A program made the position numbers and the translations under genes. DNA of 64,000 nucleotides from Dehalococcoidia bacterium (GTDB lineage Bacteria; Chloroflexota; Dehalococcoidia; Lucifugimonadales; UBA3495), in contig CBDHFZ010000003.1 of NCBI GenBank assembly GCA_965262865.1, forward strand, positions 27,294 to 91,293, written 5' to 3'. The notes below the pieces were generated by a model. The model searched no databases. It saw only the letters and a list, made by a program, of their open reading frames with translations, and was not told the origin of the DNA. Below, in pieces: positions 55,677-64,000 of this stretch. Positions within the stretch are counted from its first letter, which is position 1; the number at the start of each line of letters is the position of its first letter.

Positions 55677-57300
55677 CAGCGAGAATGTCCGGTTAAGTGT
55701 TCAGCAGAAATGTCCTTTGGTTAGTTTGCGATGGTATCAGATTCTGGTGCCGGAGGAATTGCCGGAGTTCGCCGCGTCGGCGGAGTCTCGGCGTCAATGT
55801 ATCTCCTCACCGTGTCTCTGTGGATTCCCAACTCACTCGCCATCCGCCGAATGGACATCCCCTGAAGCTTGGCCTGCTGCACGGCCTTCCATCTCTCCTG
55901 TTGCAGGAACGTCGGCCTCCGCGGCGATGCGATTACCTGCAATCCGGCTATGTCCGGAACGTCGATTGCTGCAGCGCGAGCATCTTCTTGATATCGCTCT
56001 GCGCCCGGCAGATCGAGGGTTGTAACCAAAGGTTTTGACGCAAGTTCGGGATCGTGGGTTGGGATGGTGGCAGCTGGGGAAGTCGCGTTGCGGCTTCGGA
56101 GATATGCCGGACTGGGCGGTGCTTCCTGGGACGCAATGATGCGTCCCTCATGCTGTAGCGACAGCCGGCCATCCAACCCCTCCAGCACCACAACCACCGC
56201 TCCGGCGTAGCTGCGGCGTTGCTGAGTGGGCAGCAGTTGCAGGGTGTTCCTGTAATACTTCACGGTATTGTCCCGCGCCACTCTCCGGCGGTGCTTGAAA
56301 CACAGGACCTGGCCCAAACGAAGACCCGGCTCCACGGGCCGGAATGCGGACTCGGCGCACTGGGCCGGGACCCCGAAACGCCGGTTGAACCGGGGCAGGA
56401 ACTGCTGCAACACGGCCCTGGCCTGTTCAACGGTGGTTGCTCCCGCAAGCCGTAGCTCCGTGATCAGCCGGTCCTGGAAGGTTCCGGCCGTCCGCTCTAC
56501 CCGTCCCTTTGCCTGAGGAGAGAGGGCGAATATCAGTTGAGTCCCCAGCTCCTCCATGGCCCGGCCGAACTGGGTTGTCGTCCCGGCGGGCTGATATTCC
56601 GAACGGTGTTTGAAGACCGCGTGCCGGTCGGTGTACGGGGCGAGAGGAATGCCGCGGCGGCGTATCAGTCCCTGCATCAGCAGGAAGTAACTGCTGGTAT
56701 TCTCATGATCGCAGAAGAGGGCGTTGACCACGCAGCCTGTGGCATCGTCCACCGCGAACAGGATCGTGAACTGAGGTCCGTTTTCGCCCAGCCACCGGTG
56801 GTAACTGCCATCCAACTGGATAAGCATGCCCTCCCGGGGCATCCGCTGGCGGCGCACCCGGTGCTTGGGCGGGCGCCTGCGCCGCGGACTGCTGAGCCCG
56901 GCGCTTACCAGGATGCGCCGCAGGGTGGTCCGGCCCATGTCGAGACCCTCGCGTTCACTGAGCAGCTCTGAGAGATGGGTGTGGTTGGCTCCCTCATACA
57001 CCGTGCGAGCCAGGCGGACCACCCTGCTCCTGATCGCCTCGGGAATAGCGTTGGCTGGCCTGCGGCCCCGGTGGCCATGGGCAAGGGAAGCGGCTCCGTT
57101 TTCCCGGTAATCCGCCAGTATGCGCCGGGTGTGGCGCGGGCTCACTCCCATCAGGGCGGCGGCTTGGTCCAGCGTCATATGCTCCGCGAGCAGGCTGTTG
57201 AGAACCTGGAGTCTCGCCTGTTCTTTGGGTTTCAAAATCACATTCTCCATAAGGTGAGTGTGACATTTATGCTGGCCAGTTAGCGAGGACGCTTTCGCTG
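55677..57300 (-). mobile_element. ISNCY/ISBst12-like insertion sequence (~1.6 kb)
   Basis: Imperfect terminal inverted repeats are CAGCGAGAATGTCCGGTTAAGTGTTCAGCAGAAATGTC (55677-) and the reverse complement of the right end, CAGCGAAAGCGTCCTCGCTAACTGGCCAGCATAAATGTC (..57300). A single rve-type transposase gene lies inside. Confidence 0.6.
55721..57250 (-). CDS. DDE (rve integrase-core) transposase, ISNCY/ISBst12-like (509 aa)
   Basis: The N-terminal HTH region reads KPKEQARLQVLNSLLAEHMTLDQAAALMGVSPRHTRRIL..HGHRGRRPAN. The core reads ..LIQLDGSYHRW..FAVDDATG..PYTDRHAVF... An extra C-terminal HTH is MSIRRMASELGIHRDTVRRYI. Confidence 0.85.
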   Translation of the reverse strand: MENVILKPKEQARLQVLNSLLAEHMTLDQAAALMGVSPRHTRRILADYRENGAASLAHGHRGRRPANAIPEAIRSRVVRLARTVYEGANHTHLSELLSEREGLDMGRTTLRRILVSAGLSSPRRRRPPKHRVRRQRMPREGMLIQLDGSYHRWLGENGPQFTILFAVDDATGCVVNALFCDHENTSSYFLLMQGLIRRRGIPLAPYTDRHAVFKHRSEYQPAGTTTQFGRAMEELGTQLIFALSPQAKGRVERTAGTFQDRLITELRLAGATTVEQARAVLQQFLPRFNRRFGVPAQCAESAFRPVEPGLRLGQVLCFKHRRRVARDNTVKYYRNTLQLLPTQQRRSYAGAVVVVLEGLDGRLSLQHEGRIIASQEAPPSPAYLRSRNATSPAATIPTHDPELASKPLVTTLDLPGAERYQEDARAAAIDVPDIAGLQVIASPRRPTFLQQERWKAVQQAKLQGMSIRRMASELGIHRDTVRRYIDAETPPTRRTPAIPPAPESDTIAN

Positions 57301-59078
57301 GACGTCAACAAAACGGCGGTTGCAAATTGGACCGTCCGCCGCCATTCATAAGCTTCAAGTCGAGCTTATGGGTGGTGCGATGGATGTACAGAGTGGACGT
57401 ATATCTGCGGGTTCGCCGGGCAGTGATGGTGGAGGGCAAGAGCATTCGGGAGGTCTCCAGAGAATTTGGGCTGCACCGGGACACGGTGCGCAAGATGCTG
57501 GCCCACTCCGTGCCGCCGGGCTACCGGCGACAGACTCCTCCTCGAAGGCCCAACCCTTCGACAAGCTCAGGAGGAGCCTTTCACCGGCGTCATCGACCGG
57601 ATCCTGGAGGATGACCTAGCCCGCCCCAGGAAGCAGCGCCACACTGCCAAGCGCATCTTCGAGCGGCTCAGGGACGAATACGGATTCGGCGGCGAATACA
57701 CCACGGTCAAGGACTACGTCAGAGAGAATCGTCGCCAGACCAGGGAGATGTTTGTCCCGTTGTCCCACCCGCCGGGCCACGCGCAGTGCGACTTTGGCGA
57801 GGCCCTGGTGGTCATTGGCGGCGTGGAGCAGAAGGCCCACTGTTTCGTAAACGACCTGCCCCACAGCGACGGCTGCTACGTCAAGGCCTATCCCGCGGAG
57901 ACCACCGAGGCCTTCCTGGACGGGCACGTAGCAGCGTTCGCCTTTCTGGGCGGAGTGCCCCAGAGCATCCTCTACGACAATACCAGGCTAGCTGTTGCCC
58001 GAATCCTGGGCGACGGCCGACGCCAGCGCACGAGAGCATTCACCGAGTTGCAGTCCCACTACCTGTTCGAGGACCGTTTCGGCCGCCCCGGGAAGGGCAA
58101 CGACAAAGGCAAGGTGGAGGGCCTTGTGGGGTACGTGCGCCGCAACTTTCTGGTGCCGGTGCCGTCCTTCGAAAGCTTCGATGCGCTGAATGCCTACTTG
58201 GAACAACGATGCCTGGAACGGATGGACGCCCAGCTCAGGGGCCACACGGAGACCATCGGTCAAAGGATGGAGCGGGACCTGGACGCCCTGCAGCCGTTGC
58301 CGCCGGTGGCCTACGATGCCTGCGACAAGCAGGCAGGCCGGGTGAGTTCGCTGTCCTTGGTCAGGTACAGGACCAACGACTACTCGGTGCCGGTGGCCTA
58401 CGGATACCGGGACGTCCTGGTACGGGGCTACGTCGACCAGGTGGTGATCAGCTGCGGAACCGAGGTCATCGCCAGGCATCCCAGATCATACGACCGGGAC
58501 GATTTCGTCTATGACCCCATCCACTACCTGCCGCTCTTGGAACGGAAGCCGGGCGCCCTGGACCAGGCCGCGCCGCTGCAGGGTTGGGAACTCCCCGATG
58601 AGTTCGGGACGCTGCGCCGGCTGCTGGAGTCCAGGATGGGACGGCAGGGCAAACGGGAGTACGTGCAGGTGCTGAGGCTGCTGGAGACCTTTAATCAGCA
58701 GGAGGTGCACACAGCGGTGAAAGATGCCATCCACCTGGGAGCCATCAGCTTCGACGCAGTGAAACACTTGGTGCTGTGCCGACTGGAGGGGCGGCCGCCG
58801 AGGCTGGACCTGGAGCTGTATCCCTACCTGCCCCGGGTACGGGTAAGCACCACGTCCACATCCTGGAGATGAACGGCGAGAGCTACCGACTCAAGCGCAG
58901 CCGGGAGAATGCCGCACTCTCGCCAACAGCAGAACCGGACGACGCTTAACTTACACCTGAACTGTCCTCTCTCGCTACCAAACAGTCCCCACTCCATGTG
59001 CCATACGGCCTTCGCTCATCACGCCGGTGGTACACGATTCCTCCGCCGCAGTGGTACGGTTTGTGAACGCCCTTGACA
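57301..59078 (+). mobile_element. IS21-family element, copy 2, defective (istA frameshift, istB almost entirely deleted)
   Basis: It is co-linear with copy 1 and ends ..CGCCCTTGACA at 59078, like copy 1 at 43640. A possible detached 20-bp left tip, TGTAATCGGCTGTCGAAGTT, lies at 55657-55676 on the far side of the ISNCY-like insertion. Confidence 0.7.
57327..58872 (+). pseudogene. istA: IS21-family transposase IstA, frameshifted, fused to the last codons of istB
   Basis: There is an extra C in AAGGCCCAACCC (about 57548-57551) compared with AAGGCCAACCC in copy 1, which splits the gene into ORFs 57327..57614 and 57466..58872. At 58847-58853 (GCACCAC) the sequence jumps from the istA end to the istB end (..HHVHILEMNGESYRLKRS..). 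Confidence 0.8.
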
Positions 59079-59088
59079 GTTCAAGGAG

Positions 59089-59724
59089 TTGGCTCCGGAC
59101 ACTCACCTGTACCGCGCGCGCTGGGAAATGCCAGGTGCGCAACTCGAAACGCCTCAAGAGTTAGGGCCTCCACCGGAGGAAAAGGCAACTCAAGCCAATC
59201 GGATGAGCGCTCCGGGAATCGTGATGTTTTATGCCTGCGATGATATCGACACGGCCTTGTTGGAGGTGGCTCAGGAGCCTGGGGCATTCGCAGTCGGTTG
59301 CTGGAAGATTCTCAGGCCGGCCATCGTGCTGGATCTGACGGATATTCCGGCTATCCCTGGCTTATTCGAGCGCGATCCAGATGTTGGCGAGGACGTTCCT
59401 CGTCGTGCCCTGACGTTCCTACACCATGTCGCTGACCAAATGTCTCGGCCCATTACGCGCGATGACAGAATCCATGTTGAATACGTGCCCACGCAGGTGG
59501 TAACGGAATTCCTACGGGCTCGAGTGAAGTGGCAAGGGAAGCCCATCGACGGAGTGAAATACGCCAGCGCAGCGCGCCTTGGACGCGCATCCTATGTATT
59601 GTTTGCGAACCGAGACCATGTGGTCATCAACAATGCCGACAGTGAGTCGGGAGAATCGCCTTGGCTCGAATTGGTGGATGTCTGGCACCGTTGGGTAGGT
59701 TTATCCGTCCAGCCTCCTGCCTAG
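59089..59724 (+). CDS. RES-domain protein (toxin-like), probably 5'-truncated by the IS21 copy-2 end
   Basis: LYRAR.., ..NRMSAPGIVMFYACDDIDTALLEV.. and ..GVKYASAA.. fit the Arg/Glu/Ser signature order of RES domains. The reading frame opens immediately at the IS end (in-frame TGA at 59074-59076, inside the IS). Confidence 0.6.
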   Translation: MAPDTHLYRARWEMPGAQLETPQELGPPPEEKATQANRMSAPGIVMFYACDDIDTALLEVAQEPGAFAVGCWKILRPAIVLDLTDIPAIPGLFERDPDVGEDVPRRALTFLHHVADQMSRPITRDDRIHVEYVPTQVVTEFLRARVKWQGKPIDGVKYASAARLGRASYVLFANRDHVVINNADSESGESPWLELVDVWHRWVGLSVQPPA

Positions 59725-59998
59725 AGCACGCAACTGCCGTCTTGGATTTCCGCATACTGCAGACGCAGCGGTCTCCGTCGTTGTTTGCCATCAACCACTT
59801 TTACCGGCGTTCAGCCCCAGGCCCTGCCGGCACCGAAGGAAGAGTCGGCAGGGGAGGACCCAGCAGCCACAACTACAATAGAAGCACAAGAATCCAGGCT
59901 CCAACGACGATGGTGGCCTTTCGGCAGGGGATGAGACACCCTGGGCCCAGCACTGCTCGCAGGTCATAGGACCCCCGGCCAAAGGCGAACTCCGCTGC

Positions 59999-61018
59999 TT
60001 GGACACAATTCCCTTTCCCGATGCCACGTGGAACTGTGTCCAGACGGCACCGACCCCCTGGAACGGAGAATATACTTCCGTGATGACCCCGACACTAGGA
60101 GCGACCATGGGCGACAACGCCACCCATGACCCCAAAGCCCTGGAAGTAGCCCAGGCCGTCCACCAGCAGGAAAGGGCGATTGCAACCATACTCTTCGGCT
60201 CCAGAGCCAAGGGGACCCAGGACGAGTTGCTTTCAGACATAGACATCTTGGTGATAACCAGCCGCTCAGCCGCGAACGCAGACTGGAGCTCCAACTCGAC
60301 ATGGGCCAGAAACCTGGCGGCAAGGATCTACGGCCGCCCGGTGGACGTCCAGCTCGTGCCCACCACGCTGGAAGAAGTCGGCGACACCCGCCACCTGGCC
60401 GACTCCACCGAGGGCGTCGCCCTCCGGGACGGGATTATCGCCGGCGGTAACCCGGAGCAGTTCCGGAGCGTCTACAAGGAGCAGGACCCGCCGCCGCCAC
60501 AGTACAATTTTGGGAACTACAACTGGTTCATGCAGAATGCCAAGGTTGCCCTGGAGACGGCCGTCACCTGCCACACCGGCACCCCGCCAAAGGCCGGGTA
60601 CAACCCGATGACAGCAATTGCAAAAAGGGTAACGGAGAACCCGGACATAACCCCTGAGACTCGCTACGACCTCGTGCGGCACTCGGCCGCCTCGGCGATC
60701 AGGCACGCTCTTGACGCCGTCTTCTGGGCTACAGGCAAGGCGTCCCCCAACCGGATCTCCCTTGAGCAGAAAGCCACCCTGATCGCCGAGGCCCTGCCCC
60801 AAGAATCGCTGACAACCAGGCTGCCACTCGCAACCTACCAAGAAACCGGTACGCCCCTGGCCCTATCCCGGGAAGATTTCATCGAGGCGGCCATTGCAGA
60901 CACCGGGATATACCGCGAGGCCGCCATGCGAGCCCGAAGACGGACCGCCAGCCAGTCGAAGAAGGCACTCAGAAAATGGGAGCAGGCCAGGTCGACCAAG
61001 ACAGCCGAATCAGGATGA
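59999..61018 (+). CDS. Pol-beta-type nucleotidyltransferase domain protein with helical C-terminal domain (339 aa; start uncertain)
   Basis: ILFGSRAKGTQDELLSDIDILVITS is the GS-x(n)-DxD minimal NTase motif. The C-terminal ~170 aa are helical. I saw no canonical Rx4-6H. Confidence 0.6.
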   Translation: MDTIPFPDATWNCVQTAPTPWNGEYTSVMTPTLGATMGDNATHDPKALEVAQAVHQQERAIATILFGSRAKGTQDELLSDIDILVITSRSAANADWSSNSTWARNLAARIYGRPVDVQLVPTTLEEVGDTRHLADSTEGVALRDGIIAGGNPEQFRSVYKEQDPPPPQYNFGNYNWFMQNAKVALETAVTCHTGTPPKAGYNPMTAIAKRVTENPDITPETRYDLVRHSAASAIRHALDAVFWATGKASPNRISLEQKATLIAEALPQESLTTRLPLATYQETGTPLALSREDFIEAAIADTGIYREAAMRARRRTASQSKKALRKWEQARSTKTAESG

Positions 61019-61782
61019 ACAGCGAACACCACTCCAGGCCCAAACCGCCAGGAGCCGAGCCCCATCCAGGCAGATGCCCCAAACACCCTGCACTTGTCTC
61101 GAACCCGCGAGCTCTTCGGACGCAGGCTGCTGACCAGCATCTCGGGCCAGAGTTTCGGTCCATCGGGCCGAGCCGTACAAGGATCGGTGGCCACCACCAG
61201 GTACGTCTTCAACAGCACCCTTCGACTGAACCTAGCAATCTGGCAACAACAGCCCCCGCGAACACACCATCAACGATCCTAGATCCTACGGCACGTCGGC
61301 CGTGCAGCGGGTGCTGCCCACGTTGGGCAAGTATATGCGGAGCGTCACCTCCGGGTTGGCATGCTCGATGCCGGCTCGCAGCTCAGCTCGGCACGTGATG
61401 AGCGCCGCTACCCGGGTGCGGCGAAGTTCCAGGGCCGCCAGAGAGTCCAGGAGCCGCTCGACCTGCTGGAGTTCAAGTAGTGCGGAATGTTCATTGAGAA
61501 CTTTTACCTCAAAAGTTCCCATCCAGGCAACCTGACCGCACCCTCCCAGCTACGATGTGAACCTGCAACCGGCACCGCAGAGCTGTCCGACGTGCCTGAA
61601 ATGGGAATTTTCAATCTCAAAGCTCCCTCGCGTCATTGACAGGACTCGCAGCTAAGGAGCTTGGTGTCACTGCTGGCCTTGAGGCGAGCCAACTCAGCGG
61701 ACCACCGTCCCTACTATGGCGAGGGAATGCCCACTCACCTAATTCTGTCACAGATTACCAAACGACAGCGGGAGGAGAACTC

Positions 61783-62571
61783 ATGCCAAGCCTGCCCCCG
61801 GAGGTCGACGAGTCCCTGCTTTCCTCGGCATCGATAGTCCGGGTGGATGTCCAACAGGTCCTGAGGTTCTTCGACGAAAAACCGCCCTGCTCCAGAGGAC
61901 ATGCCACTGCCATCGTTTCACTGCTCGGCGAGGACCTGGCGGCTGCCAGTTTGAGACATTGCTTGCTTGCCAACGGAGCCAACAGTGTCAATGTCAGAAT
62001 CGAGACTGTGGGCACAGGGAATAGATCAGGACCACGTCTTGACCGATGGATTGAGGCCGACCTGAAGTGTGGCCGCCGTATCCTTTTCCAAACCGAAGTC
62101 AAGAGCTGGTCCGCACACGCCATCGGGGGTAAAACGCTCGCCATCAATGCGTCCGCCGAGGAGACCCGCGATTACCGGGACGCCTATTGGAAAGGACAAT
62201 GGGACTCACGCCGCCGCACATTCAAATGGGCCATAGTGGGCAAAGTGCTGGTCCACATGAAGTGTCCGTTCGAGCAAGACGACCGCGAAATATTACCGCT
62301 GGTCATCTACTGGGCGCCGGTGGCTCCCAGGAAGAGCAGGTACAAGAAAAGTCAGTCTACTGGCGGACACCTATTTAGCATCTCCGAACCGACCTGTGAT
62401 TTCCCGTTCGATGTCCCCAGGTCTTGGCCTGCGGAGCAGGGCTTCAGTGAGGTTTGGGTCTTTTCAGTGTCTGGATATCTTCGAAGCCTACGATCCGCCA
62501 CGATAGACCTACCAATGCCGAACGCTGCAGAGCGATTCGCAATACTGGCCCAGATGATGCAATTGCAGTAG
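61783..62571 (+). CDS. hypothetical protein, possible PD-(D/E)xK nuclease fold (262 aa)
   Basis: ATG 61783 is preceded by GGGAGGAG, whereas the track ORF starts at 61636. IEADLKCGRRILFQTEVKSW gives a D-x11-E-x-K arrangement. Confidence 0.5.
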   Translation: MPSLPPEVDESLLSSASIVRVDVQQVLRFFDEKPPCSRGHATAIVSLLGEDLAAASLRHCLLANGANSVNVRIETVGTGNRSGPRLDRWIEADLKCGRRILFQTEVKSWSAHAIGGKTLAINASAEETRDYRDAYWKGQWDSRRRTFKWAIVGKVLVHMKCPFEQDDREILPLVIYWAPVAPRKSRYKKSQSTGGHLFSISEPTCDFPFDVPRSWPAEQGFSEVWVFSVSGYLRSLRSATIDLPMPNAAERFAILAQMMQLQ

Positions 62572-62828
62572 CAAAAACGACAGCCGTACCGGTTATTACG
62601 CCTTTGATTATGAGGTCAATTGACCGGACACGGCGGACAACCGTGGCGCCATGCGCAATCACCACAAGAGCCTCTTCACTCCGGCGAGACGAGAGGAGTG
62701 TGCTGCTCACGCCCGACGCAGGCGCGCTGTTCGAACGGCGGTGATCATCGGGCCTGAGCAGACGAAGTCGCGGGAATCAACTGCGTCATATTCCAGACAG
62801 GTAATATGAGGTGACTAACAACCGCCGT

Positions 62829-63089
62829 TTAGACCTCTGAGTCTCCGGCCGAATAGACTGGGAAGACAACCGCCGACAGGGTGTCGCCCTGACCCAGCCG
62901 GGAGTCCAGGGAGTGCCAGGCCTGCCGGCGGTTGGTGCCGGAAGTCCCGGAGACGCCGACATCCTGATAGATGTGAGAAAGCGCCACACCGGCCGCCAGC
63001 AACTGCTGGCGTTGGGTTTCCGGGTCGCTGCCAGACAGCTCGGAGACTCTCGGGCGGCTGGTGCGGACGTAACCGTAGGTCTCTGGCAT
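62829..63089 (-). pseudogene. serine recombinase N-terminal remnant
   Basis: MPETYGYVRTSRPRVSELSGSDPETQRQQLLAAGVALSHIYQDVGVSGTSGTNRRQAWHSLDSRLGQGDTL.. is the resolvase catalytic-domain start. It then degenerates and stops after ~86 codons. Confidence 0.55.
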
Positions 63090-63276
63090 CGCTCTCGTCC
63101 AACTGGTAGTTATTGCACTATATCTTTGTGACCCATTGCTGAACAAGCTGAAGGGAGTGACTTGTGGCCCAGTGTCACAAACGCGCGTTTGTGAACCACC
63201 CAGCAAGCAGGGCGACTCATCCACATGAACCGCTCCGGAGCTGGCCAGAAGCTAGTCCGAAGACCACCCTGCTTAG

Positions 63277-63852
63277 GTGCCACCTCTGGGGCAGGCTGGC
63301 AGGAATCAACCGCCCAATGTCAGCGAACTTCCTCCCACACGGTCCACTTTAGCGCCGCCCTTTACAGGCAACGCTGACGAAGTCACCGAGGACCGGCGGG
63401 GCATCGCGTATGCGCTTAGCGTGTTGACCCGAGGCACAAGAGTCATCAAGCTTATCGACCTTGATGACCAGTCTCCCCAACAAGTCGCCGACTTAAACAA
63501 AAGCGGTGTCCGTGTTCTGTCCAGGCGCAACCTAGAGTCTTACCTTTTCAGCGATGAGGTGTTTACAGCACTCGTCGAGTGGGTCGGTAAACCAGGCGAG
63601 CTCGTAGAACTATTGGCAAAGAAACAGAGTATTCGAGTTGCCAGACCCAGCGTCCCTCCAGATGACTTGAAACCGGCCAGCGGCGAGATATACCTGGCCT
63701 GCAAACAGCTCTTGGGCCTTACCCAACTTGGGAACGATGCAAAGGCATTCATGCGCGATACGCTGGCCCCGCTTATTAACCCAGGAACGATGGCTTACGA
63801 CGAACTGAAGCGCGACATTTTTGGATCAGATGGTGACTATGCCGGCAAGTGA
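63277..63852 (+). pseudogene. probable 5'-truncated OLD/DUF4435-type TOPRIM C-terminal region
   Basis: ..RVIKLIDLDDQSPQQVADLNKSGVRVLSRRNLESYLFSDEVF.. fits the DUF4435 pattern (iDrD......i..l...gv.vL.rreIENYL...ev). The N-terminal EG..D part and a partner ATPase are missing. Confidence 0.4.
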
Positions 63853-64000
63853 GGGGGTGAAATGATCACTCTTGTTCGGCGTCAACTACTTCCTTAGGGT
63901 AACGATTTGGGTGAGGCAACAGGCCGGCAAGACTAATTGTCGTTGATCATCAGCGTTAAGTGTAGCCGACTTTTTCATCGGGCCCTTATCTACGCCCTGT

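Noticed and set aside
59999-61018. A HEPN-MNT toxin-antitoxin fusion.
   Set aside because: The NTase motif is clear, but the C-terminal helical domain lacks a canonical Rx4-6H motif (only ..VRHSAASAIRHALD..). I therefore make no HEPN call.
1-64000. rRNA, tRNA or tmRNA genes, or integration at a tRNA.
   Set aside because: No cloverleaf-like or rRNA-like conserved sequence was noticed near the integrase and recombinase remnants or elsewhere. This was a scan by eye, so small RNAs could have been missed.

Overview
This is a 64-kb, mostly high-G+C bacterial segment with no rRNA, tRNA or CRISPR array that I could see. It falls into three blocks. (1) 1-26.05 kb holds a paralogous family of giant secreted repeat proteins: one gene cut by the window edge, then genes of 1976, 1669 and 2431 aa. 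They are built from FN3, ~98-aa Ig-like units, cadherin and cadherin-like beta-sandwich domains, LRR, WxSDGxTMWV propeller-type repeats and PPC-type domains. This block shows recent segmental and tandem duplication, a decayed 3' tail behind a nonsense codon, a G22 homopolymer at one gene start and a conserved upstream module present three times. A small HTH gene and a winged-helix protein lie between the giant genes. (2) 26.05-31.2 kb is a recombination scar. It contains an IS701-family IS inside a glyA remnant, a 164-bp MITE-like element, a tyrosine-integrase remnant, a chimeric adhesin remnant, and a Zn-ribbon gene plus serine recombinase whose 3' end is hit by a degenerate IS630-like element. 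(3) 31.2-64 kb is a visibly lower-G+C defence island fragmented by IS21-family elements (one nested in another), an ISNCY-like IS and IS3 debris. It carries a HEPN-TPR protein, an ABC-ATPase + TOPRIM pair (PARIS/AbiL-like), a TIR-domain protein, and a Type I R-M system with fused M-S plus a HEPN gene. It also carries a metallophosphoesterase + GHKL-ATPase + membrane-protein operon, which is my best candidate for an undescribed system, followed by RES, nucleotidyltransferase and nuclease-like genes and further fragments. All domain calls come from motif recognition by eye. No searches were run.
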